Source: Octopus sinensis (Eukaryota). From it: a DNA stretch of 64,000 bases. Below the pieces are notes generated by a model. That model was not told the origin of the DNA, searched no databases, and saw only the letters and a program-made list of their open reading frames with translations. The DNA is taken from the NCBI RefSeq assembly GCF_006345805.1, contig NC_043021.1, positions 620,001 to 684,000 on the forward strand. The letters run 5' to 3'. The position numbers were made by a program, and so were the translations under genes. Of the stretch, positions 25,791 through 39,900 are shown piece after piece. The first letter of the stretch is position 1. Each line of letters opens with the position of its first letter.

Positions 25791-28296
25791 GTGGTGCATA
25801 AGGTGTGTATGTGTGTGGGGAGTAATTATGTTTATGAAGAGGTGTGTGTGTGTGTGTGTGTGCGCACTAGAAATATGTCCAAGAAAGGTATTTGGAATGG
25901 AGGAGGTTGCATTTGCACGTGTCATCTCTCTGTGTATCAGTCTGCACATGGAAAGGTTGCGTGCACGCTGTATGTTTGATTGCATTTCCTAAATGATCTG
26001 TTATAAGTTACTCATGACCCTCTGGTATTACTGGTAGAGCCAACAGAGATGAAACACCATGCCAGCCCTTGCCAGACTTGAACCAGACTGTGCAAGACTT
26101 TTACAAACGATTGGACTAAAGTGTACCTGACAATAATTACATTCGTTTCCTCAATACAAAGGGTCAGTAAGTGTAGTAGGCACGTTAAGGACATGGTCAC
26201 TTTGGTGACAGTTGAAGCAGGTGGTGGTCAACTTTTCATGAATACTAGGGGCTGAGATACATTGGGCCAGGACTTAACACTCACTTTTGAAGCTTTATGC
26301 AGGTGAGAGAGAACCTCCCCTTCTCCTCCCTCCTCCCAGATAGGGCACCAATCTACCAAAGATACATATCTCAATGTACCAACCCCAACATCATTACTGC
26401 ACCACTATTGCTAATCAGTCTACTAATGTTTTTGTAATATAGTTGACCTTGGGCCAAGAAGCAACACTTTATCACTGAAGGGTTAGTACCAACAGCACAC
26501 TAAGTAGCCAGCTTTCTATCGCAAAACTTATCTTTACCACTTGATTCTTCTACATAACTAAATGACTGCGAATAATTTCAGCCTTATTATTGAAGCTTCA
26601 CAGATATCTGCTTCTCAGCCTTTTCTCACTTCTCTATGTATGGCTATGTACGTGATTATAGGTCTATATATGCTTGCGTAAGTGTTTACATATGTTTGTT
26701 AACAGTGTATGTGCACACATGAGTATCTTTGTCAGTGTATTTACTTCAGGTGTATATCGCTTAGTTTACACATACATATACAATGCTAGATAGTCAAATA
26801 CATGTACATAAATATATTACACACACACGTGTGTGTATATGTATGTATGTGTGTATATATATATAATGGGAGAGAGAGATGAGACAAAGACACAGTGCCA
26901 CGGTTCCACACAAATATACAAGTTGAGTTTTAATATATTCAGCTCCATGATCAGACTAACTATTACAATATTTAGTAAAGGCTGCAAGAGGGTGGGAATA
27001 ATCAGGTGTTATATAGACCACCTCTTAAATTCAATACCCTAAAATTGCCTGTCACATTGGTTTCCATGTGATTTAATTCTAAAACTGAGGCCTTCTATTT
27101 TTCTTCTTCAACACAAAGTAAATACAATTTTTTTACCACTACTACCACTAATATTACTACTACTACTACTACTACTACCACACCACCACCACCACTACTA
27201 CTACCACCACCACCACTACTACTGTTGAAGATGGACAGTACATTGTCTGAGAGCGCAGGTGTGTATATATGAATAATAATTAATCTATAAATGTATGCAA
27301 GTGAGTGTGTGTGTATGGATGTATATATACATTCTATATAGCCATGAGATGGATTTAAATATATTCACACACATTCCTATATACTATATGTGTGTATGTA
27401 AATATATACATTAACATGTGTGTGTGCGTGTGTGTGCGTGTATGCGTATTTATAAACATGAAATGTAGGAAGATGTAAGCAGACCTGAGAGAATGCTGGG
27501 AAACCGATAACATTAAATGTCTAAATACAAACAGTAAATTGAGAAAATACACACATGTATATACAACAATACAACAACTAAAAAAAAAAGCCAAGTAAGA
27601 AAAATCTAGAAGATTAATTGGTAAATGTAAGAAGAGTATAGAGGAAGAAAGTAAGAAAAGTGGTGGAAGGTTGTAGCGTGTGAGGAGGAGAGATATAGTT
27701 ACAGCCATGTACAAAAATAAATTACAAAACGGACTTTGAAAAGGTAAAAATAAAGGTGGTTTATTCCGTCTTGAAGCATAAAGATGGGAAGACAACATCA
27801 AAGGAGGGGGCTGATGGATCTCATTTCCTATATAAACACTTATGGTCAGAGAGAGAGAGACTTCACATGAAAACACGCATATGTTGAATAAACAAAGTAA
27901 TGAAAGTAATAAATATAAATTCAAAACATGGTTTGGTTTTGAAGGCTGAAATATATATTAAGATTGTAATATTTTAAATAATTGTCTACAGGTGCATATT
28001 GAAATGGCATATATGCGGATCTGAGTACACACACACACAGATACACTCACACACACGATTCATACATATACATATATACACTAATGCTTAAAGAGACATA
28101 AATAGACATAAAACTACAAAAAAAAATAAAATAAAACACACACACACATAACTACAACATTCCAGTGTGTGATCAATGTCAATTTAAACAAATGAGTTTT
28201 TCCCAAGTTGTGGAATCAAACAAGATCAGTTTTAAATAATGAACTTGTCAACTGTTTTGACCTTTTCAAATATCAACATCTGTTCTTTGCCTTTAC

Positions 28297-28379
28297 CTTG
28301 AACCTGTGCTCCACTGGCTTCTTACCTTGTCGACACCAGTCAGTGTAGGCGGAACCACACAACAAAGAAATATTTCCAT
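28297..28379 (-). CDS. candidate alternative first coding exon MEIFLCCVVPPTLTGVDK with two donors (28326 phase 0; 28297 phase 2 adding VRSQWSTGS)
   Basis: ATG at 28379-28377; donors AAG|gtaaga and AAG|gtaaag 29 nt apart; frame open through both. Confidence 0.4.
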
Positions 28380-30072
28380 TGTTTTACAAAACAGCATAAT
28401 GATTATATCAGGTAGTTGCAGTGGTGGAAGCACTCAATAACAGTGCAGTGCCAGGCTAAGGCTGATATTCTTTATTAGTCTTCCAATTGGGGAGAAAATA
28501 CTAAATACCAGTAACAGTTTACTTCAATGATAACACAGGCATGGAATTGTGGTTAAGAAGTTTGCTTCCCAACCATAGTACCTTGGGCAAATGTCTACCA
28601 CTACATTGCCCTGGGCCAACCAAAGCCTTGTGAGTGGGTTTGGTAGATGCAAACTGAAACAAACTCAGTGTGTGTGTGTTTGTGTGTGTGTGTGTGCATT
28701 TACACTGTGCCATGCATGCATGCACATGTTTTTATCTCATTGTCTTGACATCACATGATAGTTATAAATGAAAAGATGTCTGGCCATGAGGAAGTATTAA
28801 CTTGCTCGGGAACAGGTGAAGGTCAGCAAGAGGAAAAGCATTCAACCATAGAAAATCTACCTCAATGAACTGTCCAACTCACGCAAGCATGGAAAAGTGG
28901 ATGTTAAAACAATGATAATGATGATCACCAAGTCAGTAGAGAGGAATAATCATTAAGGTGTTGATAAAATGAAATCATGCCAAGGTGAAACTTTGTCTCT
29001 TCTGCACTCACTAAAATGAAGTACTTGCCCTATACCTCTGTCTATGAAGAATTTTTCAAACATAAAATGTTTCAGGTCATGAATGGTGTCTTGAGTAAGA
29101 AACATGCAAACTGGCAGCAATGATTGATGACAAACTGATGAAAGTATCAATGAGAGGTTGTGTCAGTCACGCTCAAATTCACTGGGCTTTCCCTGGAATT
29201 TGCTATAAGAAAATAGTTTTGGTTTGCAAACATTTCAGGTGATAAACAGCCTTCAGGAATAAATTAAATTTGTAAACTGAGGTTCCACTGTACCAGGGAG
29301 ATTGATCTGACTTCTTTATCATCATCATCTTGTTACCACCACTGCTACTACCACCACCACCACCACCATTGCTGGCATGGGCTGGACAGTCTGACCAAAG
29401 CCGGCATCCTCTCCCAAAATTTGTGGATGTGTACTATTAGTGGAAACTAGTACCATTTTAGTGAAATTAAAGTAAAGCATCCAACTCAAAACTGCTTAAG
29501 TATTTAGTTTCCCGAAAACTTCATTATATTGGATAATGTAGTGCTAGGTATGTTGTTCTGGAAAATGAGGTTTGATTGTTCCAAGTGGAACACCTTTGAA
29601 TGGAGATGAGGTCAGTTAGGGCTAGCCTAGGACTAAACATGCCATTGAAGTTAATAAGACAAGTATCAATAATATGCCAAAGTCAACTCTGTTGAGTGAA
29701 TAAAAATAAAATCAATTATTGAACACCTCATAAAACATGATATTTAGTTGACAAAACATTTGATTTCAATGACTGACATATTTCGGTTGGACCATTTAGA
29801 ATGGCCCAGCCCACTAATCCTTAAGTCAAAGTTTCAGGTGATCAGGAGAGCTGGATGCTACATCAGACACTTCATATTCTGCAACATTGCAAAGCATAAA
29901 GAAAAAAAATAATAAGTTGGATGCTTTACTTAAGGTTTCTATTGAACCTTAATTAATGACAACTGAAGGAAAACCTGGGTGTTTACTTGCAGTTATTTCC
30001 AGGAATGGGTCCAAATCTAAACAATCTCATCTCCAGTGACCTAACAGAACTTATAATTAAGACCTACACAAT

Positions 30073-30880
30073 AGGTGCAGACATGGCTGTGTGGTGAGAA
30101 GCTTGCTTCCCAAGCACACAGTTCCATGCTCAGTCCCACTGCATGGCAACTTGGGCAAATGTCTTCCACTAGAGCCTTAGGCCAACCAAAGCCTTGTGAG
30201 TGGATTTGGTAGACAGAAACTGCCCATCATATATATATATAATGGGCTTCTTTCAGTTTCCATCTACCAAATCCACTCACAAGGTTTCGGTCAGACAGAG
30301 GCTATAGTAGAAGACATTTGCCAAAGGTACCATGTAGTGGGACTGAACCTAGAACCATGTGGTTGGGAAGTAAGCTTCTTATTTCATTATTGCCCACAAG
30401 GGGCTAAACACAGAGGGGACAAACAAGGACAGACAAAAGAATTAAGTCGATAACATTGACCCCAGTGCGTAACTACTACTTAATTTATCGACCCCGAAAG
30501 GATGAAAGGCAAAGTCGACCTTGGCGGAATTTGAACTCAGAACGTAACGGCAGACGAAATACCGCTAAGCATTTCACCTGGCGTGCTAACGTTTCTGCCA
30601 GCTCACTGCAAGCTTCTTACCACACAACCACGCCTGTGCATGTATGTGCATGTATGTGTGTGTGCATGTGTGTCTTTTTCTCTGTATTTGTCCCCCACTG
30701 CTGCTTGACAATTGGTGTAAGTGTATTTATGTCCCCATAACTTAGTGGTTTGACAAAAGATACCAATAGAATAAATAACGACTTCAAAAACAAAAAGTGC
30801 TGCTGCTAATTCATTTGACTAAAAATTCTACAAGGTGGTGATACAGCAAGTCTAATGACTGAAACAAGATAAAGGATATC
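30073..30880. mobile_element. three-level nested SINE cluster: B(+) split by B(-), itself interrupted by A(-)
   Basis: B(+) head 30073-30228; B(-) 30242-30640; A(-) 30382-30609 flanked by the 10-bp TSD aagcttctta (30372-30381, 30610-30619); B(+) tail 30660-30880. Confidence 0.8.
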
Positions 30881-32679
30881 TATACTTGTATTTTGACAGC
30901 AATTGATGGATTTTGTTGAAAACTTTAAATAAACATAAAACCTGGGGGTTTTTTTTTCCAGCTTACAGAAATAAAGGTACCACTTTCCTTTGACTTACAT
31001 GTGTATTAGGAAGATTTGGGTTGTAGTAGCAGTAGTTGTAGTATTTTTAGAGGTGAAGAAGCTGATGTTATATGTATAACATCAGAGGTGTTTTCTCTTA
31101 GTTCTAAAATGGTTCTTATGTTCAACTGATATCTTTATACTAACAATTTACTCTGTTGAGAGGGCAGGGTACTTTCATACGACACACATTAGTTCCTGAG
31201 AAGCCTTTACAGTCAGTTCCCTAGCCTCAAACCATCCAAATTTGGTTTGTAGTTTATAACATTCTTGTAATTATTTTAAAATCTGGGTGTGTACTCACAA
31301 TAACATTTGTGTATCATTATTTCTCTGTTTATGTACATCATGTTAATAAAACACCACAAATATATATAAACAAAATGATATATATACTTAGGTGTATAAA
31401 TTTGTGTGTGTGTGTGTGAGTGGCTGTTGTTGTGTTTCAAGACGGCCCTATCTGCACAAGAATGTGTGCACTTGTATTGATGTGTTATGTTAAACGTTTA
31501 TATCTTAATTGGTGAGTTTCTAAATATGTGTGTGTATGTGTGCGTACACACACACACATATATATACAAACACACACACACTCTTACATATGTACATGTG
31601 TGTGTATCTGTGAGGTCAGGAAAATCTTGCTACTAGTACCACATAATGCAGTACTACCCATTTCTTGGTCAGATGGTTGGCAATTAAACTGGGTACCCTC
31701 ACCTGGCTTGCAAGGTGAGGAGGGTGTTGTGGACATTCTGCAGGACAAAAAACAGGATTTGTCAAAGGACAACTGAGCTCATTGTGAGCCAAGGGCCAGC
31801 CAAATGAGTGGTGACACAAAAACATCCTACAGATGGGGCTGTCAAACTGTGCAGCTGTCCCAAGACTGTAGACATGAAAACTCCTAACAAAGACATACTA
31901 TGTTCTCGAGTTAGAGTAAATGTCCAAAAGTGATTTGTTGTAGAGTGAGAAAACATGAAAAAGTGGGCATTAAAACGAAACAAACAAACAAAAAAAAAAA
32001 AGGAAAATACCATCATCAGCTTTGTTTCAACAGCTACTTTTCCATGCTTGCATGGGTCAGACAAAATTCACTGAGGAAGAATGTCTACAACCAGATGCTC
32101 TACCTGTAGCTAACCTTTACCTACTTCTGTGTAAAGTAACACTTCCTCTAGTTCTTTAAACACAAACATCCAACGGCCAGACATGTTTTTACAGAATATT
32201 GCAAATGAATGTCACTACTTGTACAATTTCAAGATAAGGAGACATGAACACACATACACAAACACGTGTGTGCATGTATGTATATATTTACACACACACA
32301 CATTGTTCAGTGAGTGTTTCTGTGCATTTGTATATGAATGCCTACATTCATATATAAATAAATATCAATGACTGTATGTGTGTGTACATGTGTGTGCAGA
32401 TGTATATGCACACACATGTACTTCTGAGATTTACTGTTTATATAAGAGACTGTCAATAAATGTGTGTGTGTGTGTATGTGTGCATGCATAACAACTTGTA
32501 TGTGTTCGTGTTAAACAAGTCTATATGAGAGTGTGTGCGTGTGTGTGTGTGTGCCTCAACTCGAATGTTGTTTATGTTTGTATTTGTGTATGCGTATGCA
32601 TCAAACAAATGGCTATTTACAAATCCATTAAGAGACCAAAGTGTTGAAGAAGTCGAAATGCTGCCAAAAACCAGGATCA

Positions 32680-32708
32680 GGGGGAGGGGGCAGGGGGCAG
32701 GGGGAGGG
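32680..32708 (+). other. G-quadruplex-forming motif
   Basis: GGGGGAGGGGGCAGGGGGCAGGGGGAGGG: five G-tracts with 1-2 nt loops. Confidence 0.8.
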
Positions 32709-33995
32709 CTGTGAAGGAAGAAATATCTGTGTAATTAGATTAGTTAAATATAAGCAGTGTTAATGTTGGTCGTCGGGCAAACGGACATACAGACAGACAG
32801 GCTAGACACTCAAAGGAGAAGACAAACTGACAACTGTGTAATGCTATCTTAAAAATCCGATTGGTTTAATTTGGGACAAACTACCACACAGTCACATGGT
32901 TCTGGGGTGGGTTATAGAAGTAGTGGAGAGGTACTTTTCTCCTTCGCTCCCTCTCTAAACCACCCTCAATTTGGTTTGTAAAATTGAATCTATAAAAGAC
33001 CAACAGGTTTAGATTTTGTTTGTTTGCTTTGTCATCACCACTTGTACTACTGCCATTACGACCCGCAACCACCACCACAACTTCCATTGTTAGGAGGGTG
33101 GTGCAGAGAATGGGTTAAAGATATAAGCATATAACATTGGCAACTGCCATCTTATTAGCTTTAATTGTGTGTATGTGTGTGCATATGGACGGGATGTTGA
33201 CAACTCAACCCTGAGTTTCATATGCATATATTGTATACACATACAAATTAGTCGTCAAATGGTGGATCCAGTTTAATAAATGCAAAACCATACATACATG
33301 CATACATACACACACGCACACATTCAAACATTTTTGTTTTCCATAATAGCTGGACAGATTATATATTTCATTTTATATATTTCATTTTATACTGAGAAGA
33401 AACTGAAATTTGTTTTTTATAAATTTTATAAAGCTTTTTGTCGTCAGATGCCCTTTCTCTTATCAACCCAAGTAAGGAACTTTTATTATTCCACAGATCT
33501 TCAAAAGCGCAATAAGATTGGTCAGAATGTTAGTAAGGAAAGTAAACCTCATATCACCATTTCATTCAGAGGTGGGGAGAAGTAGAGCCACCAAATGCCA
33601 GCATTAGTACACATACACACACACATACATACACACACAAAATGTACATATGTATGGTGACATTATAAGAATATAAGCCATCGTTCACATTATCGTGATT
33701 TTAGATTGCTCTACACTTCATTAATATTTTCATTTCTTCATTATCCCTAATCACCTCACTCATTAACTTATCAAATAAGTTGGCAAACTTAATCAGAAGC
33801 TACTTCTGCTTATTGTTCTGTCACTTGTTTCATAATTGGTGAACAATATCGTTTTTGGTATAGACTTATAACAGACTAATTCAAGGGTCACTAGAATTCA
33901 ATGGGGGAGATGGACAAGAGAGTGCCTGTAATTCCATGCAAAAAACAAATATCTTGCCAACATTTATATCCCTTCTCAAAAGCCATATACAAACA

Positions 33996-34033
<38 letters not shown>

Positions 34034-37000
34034 CCATGACAGGCTTCAGCACAGTTTCCGTCTAATGAGATCTTAGTCACCTCAAGGTTAGAGAAGATAC
34101 TTACCTAAGATACCACATAGTGTGATCAAAATATATTGTTATAAAGTAAATTTCTGAACTATGTGGCTACATCTACACCTATTTATTAAGTAGTTTTTGA
34201 GAATGTATATAAGTACATACGTGCAAGTATATATGCAGGTACACACACATATATAAATATATTGGTGTGTATGTCTCCAGTGCCAGTGACATGTGAGGGG
34301 CATCCATGCCAAAATAGACTGGAACCTGGTGTAGCTCTCTGGGTTATCATCTCCAGTCAATCTGTTTAACTCATACAAGCATGGGAAACAGACATTAAAT
34401 GATGATGATATATATATACATACATACACACATTCATTCATAACTATCCATCCATATATACACACAGGTATGTCTTTTTGGCCATGCCTCCACTCCCTCT
34501 CCCAGCTGAGAGGTCATGCAGGTGCTAGTGCTATGTAAAATGCACTCAAGCTGGTGCCACATAAAAGCAATCAGCACACTCAGTAAAGTGGTTGGTGTTA
34601 GGAAGGGCATCCAGCCATAGAAACCATACCAAAACAAATGACTGGAGCCTGGGCAGCTCTTCTACTGGCCAGCACCTGTCAAACCATCCAACCCATGCTA
34701 GCATGGAAAATGGACATTAAATGATAACACACACACACGAGCATGTGTATATATAAGTGTGTGTGTGTGTGTGTGTGTGAATTCTTGTATGTATATGCAC
34801 AAGTATGTAAAGCCTGTAGAATTCAGTACCTTACCCAACTATGTAAGGAAATTTTTGCAGTGAATTTGAACTTGAAACCTTTAAACTGGTGCTATCATAG
34901 TTTAAACACTCTTCCATTTTACATGGACAGTATTTCCACATCTACTTCCACTGAGATACAATAATCCTTATGTTTAGCCACTTCACATTTTTCTCTTAGT
35001 CTCTGCTACTACTCCACACAACATTCTTAGTCTCTAAAACTGTTCAATCATTTCATTTCACATTCTATAGAAATGGAATTTGGTCATTTCTGGATAGGTA
35101 CAGTGGTTTCTGTTGAAAGGCCCTAGAGATGTGAGAATTATTGCCATCATGCTGTTAAATTTATTGAAATATTTGCCTTACATTAAATACATTTTTATCA
35201 AATTCTTAAAGTTCTCTTGTAAAATATATATTACTACCCAGCCATTTCTGCTTGCCATATCTTAGAGTCCACTTATTATAGATTTAGTAATGATGTGTTT
35301 GTGTATGTGGTTTGAATTCAACTATGGGCATGTTTAGCAAAAGAACAATTGTATTTATAAATAATGTGTGTGCTTGTGTGTATGTATAGTTATGTGTATA
35401 CCTACACAGATGTGCATATATATTTGTGTGCATGTGCTTGTTAATGCACACAATAGCATGTATACAAGCATATGCATGTGTTTATACTGGCAATGTGCGT
35501 TATGTGTGTTGTGTGTAACTACATTTATAAGATTTTGCAAGAAGCCAAACTTACTCAAGATAACTACTGGTAACTGTGGAAAGAAGCCCTCTACTTACAC
35601 ACGAATATATGCACTTATCTCGTGACATGAAATGAAGATAGTTTACATAAGTAAAGAATTTAGATTTCAAGGATAATGTAATTCCTTGCAGTCTATCCCT
35701 CTCTCTGATTTCGTTCTTGTTTACAAATGTTCTCTTTCCTTATTTTCTCATTCCAGAAACTACAAATGGAACAGTTTCTGGTAACAAAAATAGCAGCAGA
35801 AGATCTCTGTTCCAAGTTTATGCAATAAACACAAGTAATTCACTCTCTGATTTTCACCAGCCAAGGCTGCAATACGGTGAATTAACCCATTAGACTTTAA
35901 ACCGACCATATCTGGCCCAAATATTCTGCTTGTTTTATGTTCAAACCAGTGAGATCTGGCTTTTACAATGTCATTATAAATGCAAACCATCACATCATGA
36001 AAATCTGAAAACTAAAAGATAACTCATGGTTAATTAAAAACAATATTAATGACTGTGCATTTGACAGAGTGATCTGAATGCTAAAGAGTTCAACCAAAAC
36101 ACACATAATATACTACAAGTTATATTAATAGTGTAAAATTAATATTAATTCTAATCCCAAATTTCATTAAATCAACATTTCTGATTGTCCTGTAATCATT
36201 CATTTTCATTAGTTTCCCGTTTGATGTTTTAATAAACATTGTTATTGTTCACAGAACATGTGCGACCTGCTAGATTTGGTATAATTGTGAATTCATTTAT
36301 ATGGGTTTACAATAATAAATATCTTTAAATGAGATCTTTGATAATGTAATGCTTAATGATGGCTTTAGAATATAATATATTTATGCTGCAATATAAGATT
36401 TTGACCTGATAAACTACCTAACTTTTGTGTCATGCCTTCCAACCTCCCACTCACTCTGTCAGTAAATTAAAAAGTGTGTCATTGGACGGATTTCAATTTA
36501 GCCATGATTGTGCTTTAATTAACTTACAGCATTAGAATGCCACCAATAGATTATGTTGTTAACACCTCCTTGCATTTCTTGCAAAATCAGAATTTATTGT
36601 CAGCCAACAATGGAATCTAATGATGTATCCACCTATATTCATAATCAGGTTTCTTCTAAAGAGCATTCTGAATTGAAAACTTCACTCTCCTAACACTGGA
36701 GCCATTTCTATGAAAAATGCAAGTATTCAATTTTTCCTGGTTAAAACAGGAGATGGGGAGGAAAATAGAATTGAAGTTATTTCTATACATTTGGTGCCAT
36801 AAGAAACCGCAGCTTGTTAGTTCAGAGAAGTAAGAATTATTGTAATGGTTCTTTGATTTTTTATTGGTTTCAGTCAGATTGCAGCCATGAAGAATTTTAG
36901 TCAAATTGACCCCAGCACTTATTCATGTTTTAAGCTTGATGCTTTATTATATCGATCTCTTTTTCAGAACTGCTAAGTTACTGGGACATAATCACATCAA

Positions 37001-37519
37001 TACCAGCCGTCAAGCAGTGATGGGAGACAAACAGACAGAAACACACACACACACATTCATTTATATGTGTGTGTGCATGTGTATACATATATATGACAGG
37101 CTTCTTTCAGTCTCTGTCTACCAATTCCAGCCAGATGGCTTTGATTGGCCGAAGGGTATAGTAGAAGACACTTGGCCAAAGTGTCACACAGTGGCACTGA
37201 ACCCAGAACCATGTTTTTGGGAAATAAACTTCTTACCACACAGCCAAGCCTAGAGGCAAAAAATAAAAACGATAAAAAACACATAATGGATACAATATGT
37301 TGGTAGGTTAATGGTTGAAGTGTGTTGGTGAGTAAAATATTTACCTGTCAGTCAGAGGGCCTTTTTTGGTCCAGCCTAAAATGTTTGGGCATATAACAAA
37401 TATACCATTCATGATGAGTAGTTCTCTCATCTAGGAGTCATATGCACTTGCAGGTAGGAAGACCACTAAAGTCAGAAGGGACTAATGAATGACAACACCA
37501 ACAGTAATAATAATGTCTT

Positions 37520-38770
37520 TATGTTCTGAGTTCAAATTCTGCCAAGGTCGATTTTACCTTTCATACTTTCGGTGTCGATAAATTAAGTACCAGTTGCATA
37601 CTGGGGTCAATCTAATCGGCTGCCCCCCCTCCCCCAAATTTCAGCCCTTGTGCGTAGAGTAGAAAAGAATAATGATGGTTGAGGGGATGGGTAACTTGAT
37701 TACATTACTCTATGTGATCAACTGGTGCATATCTTATCAACCCCAAAACAATGAAAGACAAAGTGAACCTCAGCAGAATTTGAGCTCAGAAGTTGGAGAC
37801 AGACGAAATGCCACTAAGTACTTTACCCGGCACGGTAACGATTCTGCCAGCTCACCCCCTTAATAACAATAAGAAGGTTGATTTCAAAAGTTTGGTACAA
37901 GGCCAGCAGTTTCGTGTTCAACTGGTATTTATTTTATTGACACTGAAAGGATGAAAGGTAAACTTAGCTACGGCAGAATTTGAACTCGGGATGTAAAGAC
38001 GGACGAAATGCCGCTAAGCATTTTGTCCGGTGTGCTAACGGTTTTATCAGCTCGTCGCCTTATCTGACATCAATAATAATAATAATAACTACAAGAATCC
38101 ATTCTATAAAAGGCACAATGCCTGAAATATGTGGGGAAGGGACAGTCGATTACTTCACTTAATTTATCGACCCCGAAAGGATGAGAGTCAAAGTCGACCT
38201 CGGCGGAATTTGAACTCAGAACGTTAAAGACATACGAAATACCTATTTCTTTACTACCCACATGGGGCTAAACACAGAGGGGAGAAACAAGGACAGACAA
38301 ACGGATTAAGTCGATTATATCGACCCCAGTGCGTAACTGGTACTTAATTTATCATCCCGGAAAAAGGATGAAAGGCAAAGTCGACTTCGGCGGAATTTGA
38401 ACTCAGAACGTTAAAGACGGACAAAATACCGCCAAGCATTTCGTCCGGCATGCTAACAATTCTGTTATATGGGTCCACTGTAGAAACAAGGCTCGAAATG
38501 TTAGGGGAGGGCAACAGACAATTACATCAACCCCAGGGCTCAACTGGTACTTTACCAATCCCTAAAAGGGATGAAAGGCAAAGTCGACCTTGGTGGGATT
38601 TGAACTCAGAATATAGAAAGGCCGAAGGAAATCCGGTAAACCTTTCGTCCGACACGCAGCAATCCTGCCAACCTGTCCCCTCAATGGTTTCTGATAAAGG
38701 GGCACAAAACCAACATTTTGGGGAGGTGAAGGCAGTGATTACATCGACCCAAGTAATTGACTGCTAATTA
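37520..38770. mobile_element. dense array of about 7 family-A SINE copies (first +, rest -)
   Basis: The core aaaggatgaaaggcaaagtcgacc..ggaatttgaactcag recurs near 37760, 37950, 38180, 38370 and 38570, with an inverted copy at 37521-37670 and a partial copy at 38690-38770. Confidence 0.85.
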
Positions 38771-39419
38771 TGTGGGACAGTTTTTATAAAATGTATGTTA
38801 TCACTAATTAATACGTAGGCAATCAGCTTAATGAGGGAGCTTCTGGTTGGGTGTTAGAAATAGCAACCAAATCTCCCTCAATTACATCCTTACTGTTTCA
38901 CAAAAGGAACTGAAGTTCTTAGTTTTAGAGAAGCTGACTGAGAATAAAAGATGGAAGGGTCATAGTTCGGTTGTCTTTAATTGTGGTTTCAACAATTATA
39001 GCCATGAATACGAAGAAGTACTGTCCTGTATAATATATTAAATATTGTGATCCTAGGTACACCGTGTCTGAATAAATGGAAGATGGTACGGTTGGAACGT
39101 CTTTAATCATAAATTTCCTGAAACAAAAATGTCCTGCGGCTAAGCGACAATGAAAAATCCTCTAGTTTAATTACTGACCCGGTTTAATGTGTCTAAATAC
39201 CCAAAAATTGGCCAAGTTTAAGAAACCTCCTTTGGCGACATTATTGTAAATTTTATTTTGGACGAATAAAAACTATTTTGGTCTTTTGTGTGTTAGAAAA
39301 TGATTAAAGATTGCAAATACAAGTGTTATAAAACTGTATCAATAAAATATAGCAGATAAATATCAATAATATCGATATAATTACCAATTAATTGCCTTCA
39401 CAGTTCCTCTCTTGCGAAC

Positions 39420-39900
39420 AATCATCGATTTACCAGACAACAGAAATGGTCGTGCATTTCCGTCTATTTCCGTACACAACTTTCTTGAAAAACTGAGCCT
39501 TTTTCCACCCCTTTTTTTCTTGTTTTCGTCTCTCATAAATCAAGCAGTTTTTGTTTTTTATTGTTTCCAGCACTTTTTATAAATTTTTTTTCAAAAATAT
39601 ATTATTTTGTTTCCAAAACTTTCAATACAACCAATTGGTTACGAAATTTTAGCAACGTTTGATATAATGTCACTGACCGAACTCTTAATCTTGTTAATTC
39701 ACTAATTGAGCAATTAACCGAATTATATATTCCCAACGGGATAATCTCCAACTATTTTTTGTTTTGTTTTAAATAAATTTTTGTCTAAAATAAAAAATAA
39801 AACGAATATAAAGGACTGTTTGCAACAACTGAGGCCATAGAAATGTCGGTAGCGAAGCAAGTCTTCTGTCGAAGGTGAAAATGAAGAAATGTAAAGATTC
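39420..39900. promoter_or_regulatory. putative bidirectional promoter region
   Basis: Local CpG retention; tandem ETS-like ATTTCCGT (39456-39463, 39466-39473); CCAATTGG near 39631; minus-strand donor CTG|gtaaat at 39433; plus-strand ATG at 39843 with GAAG|gtgaaa donor. Confidence 0.35.
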
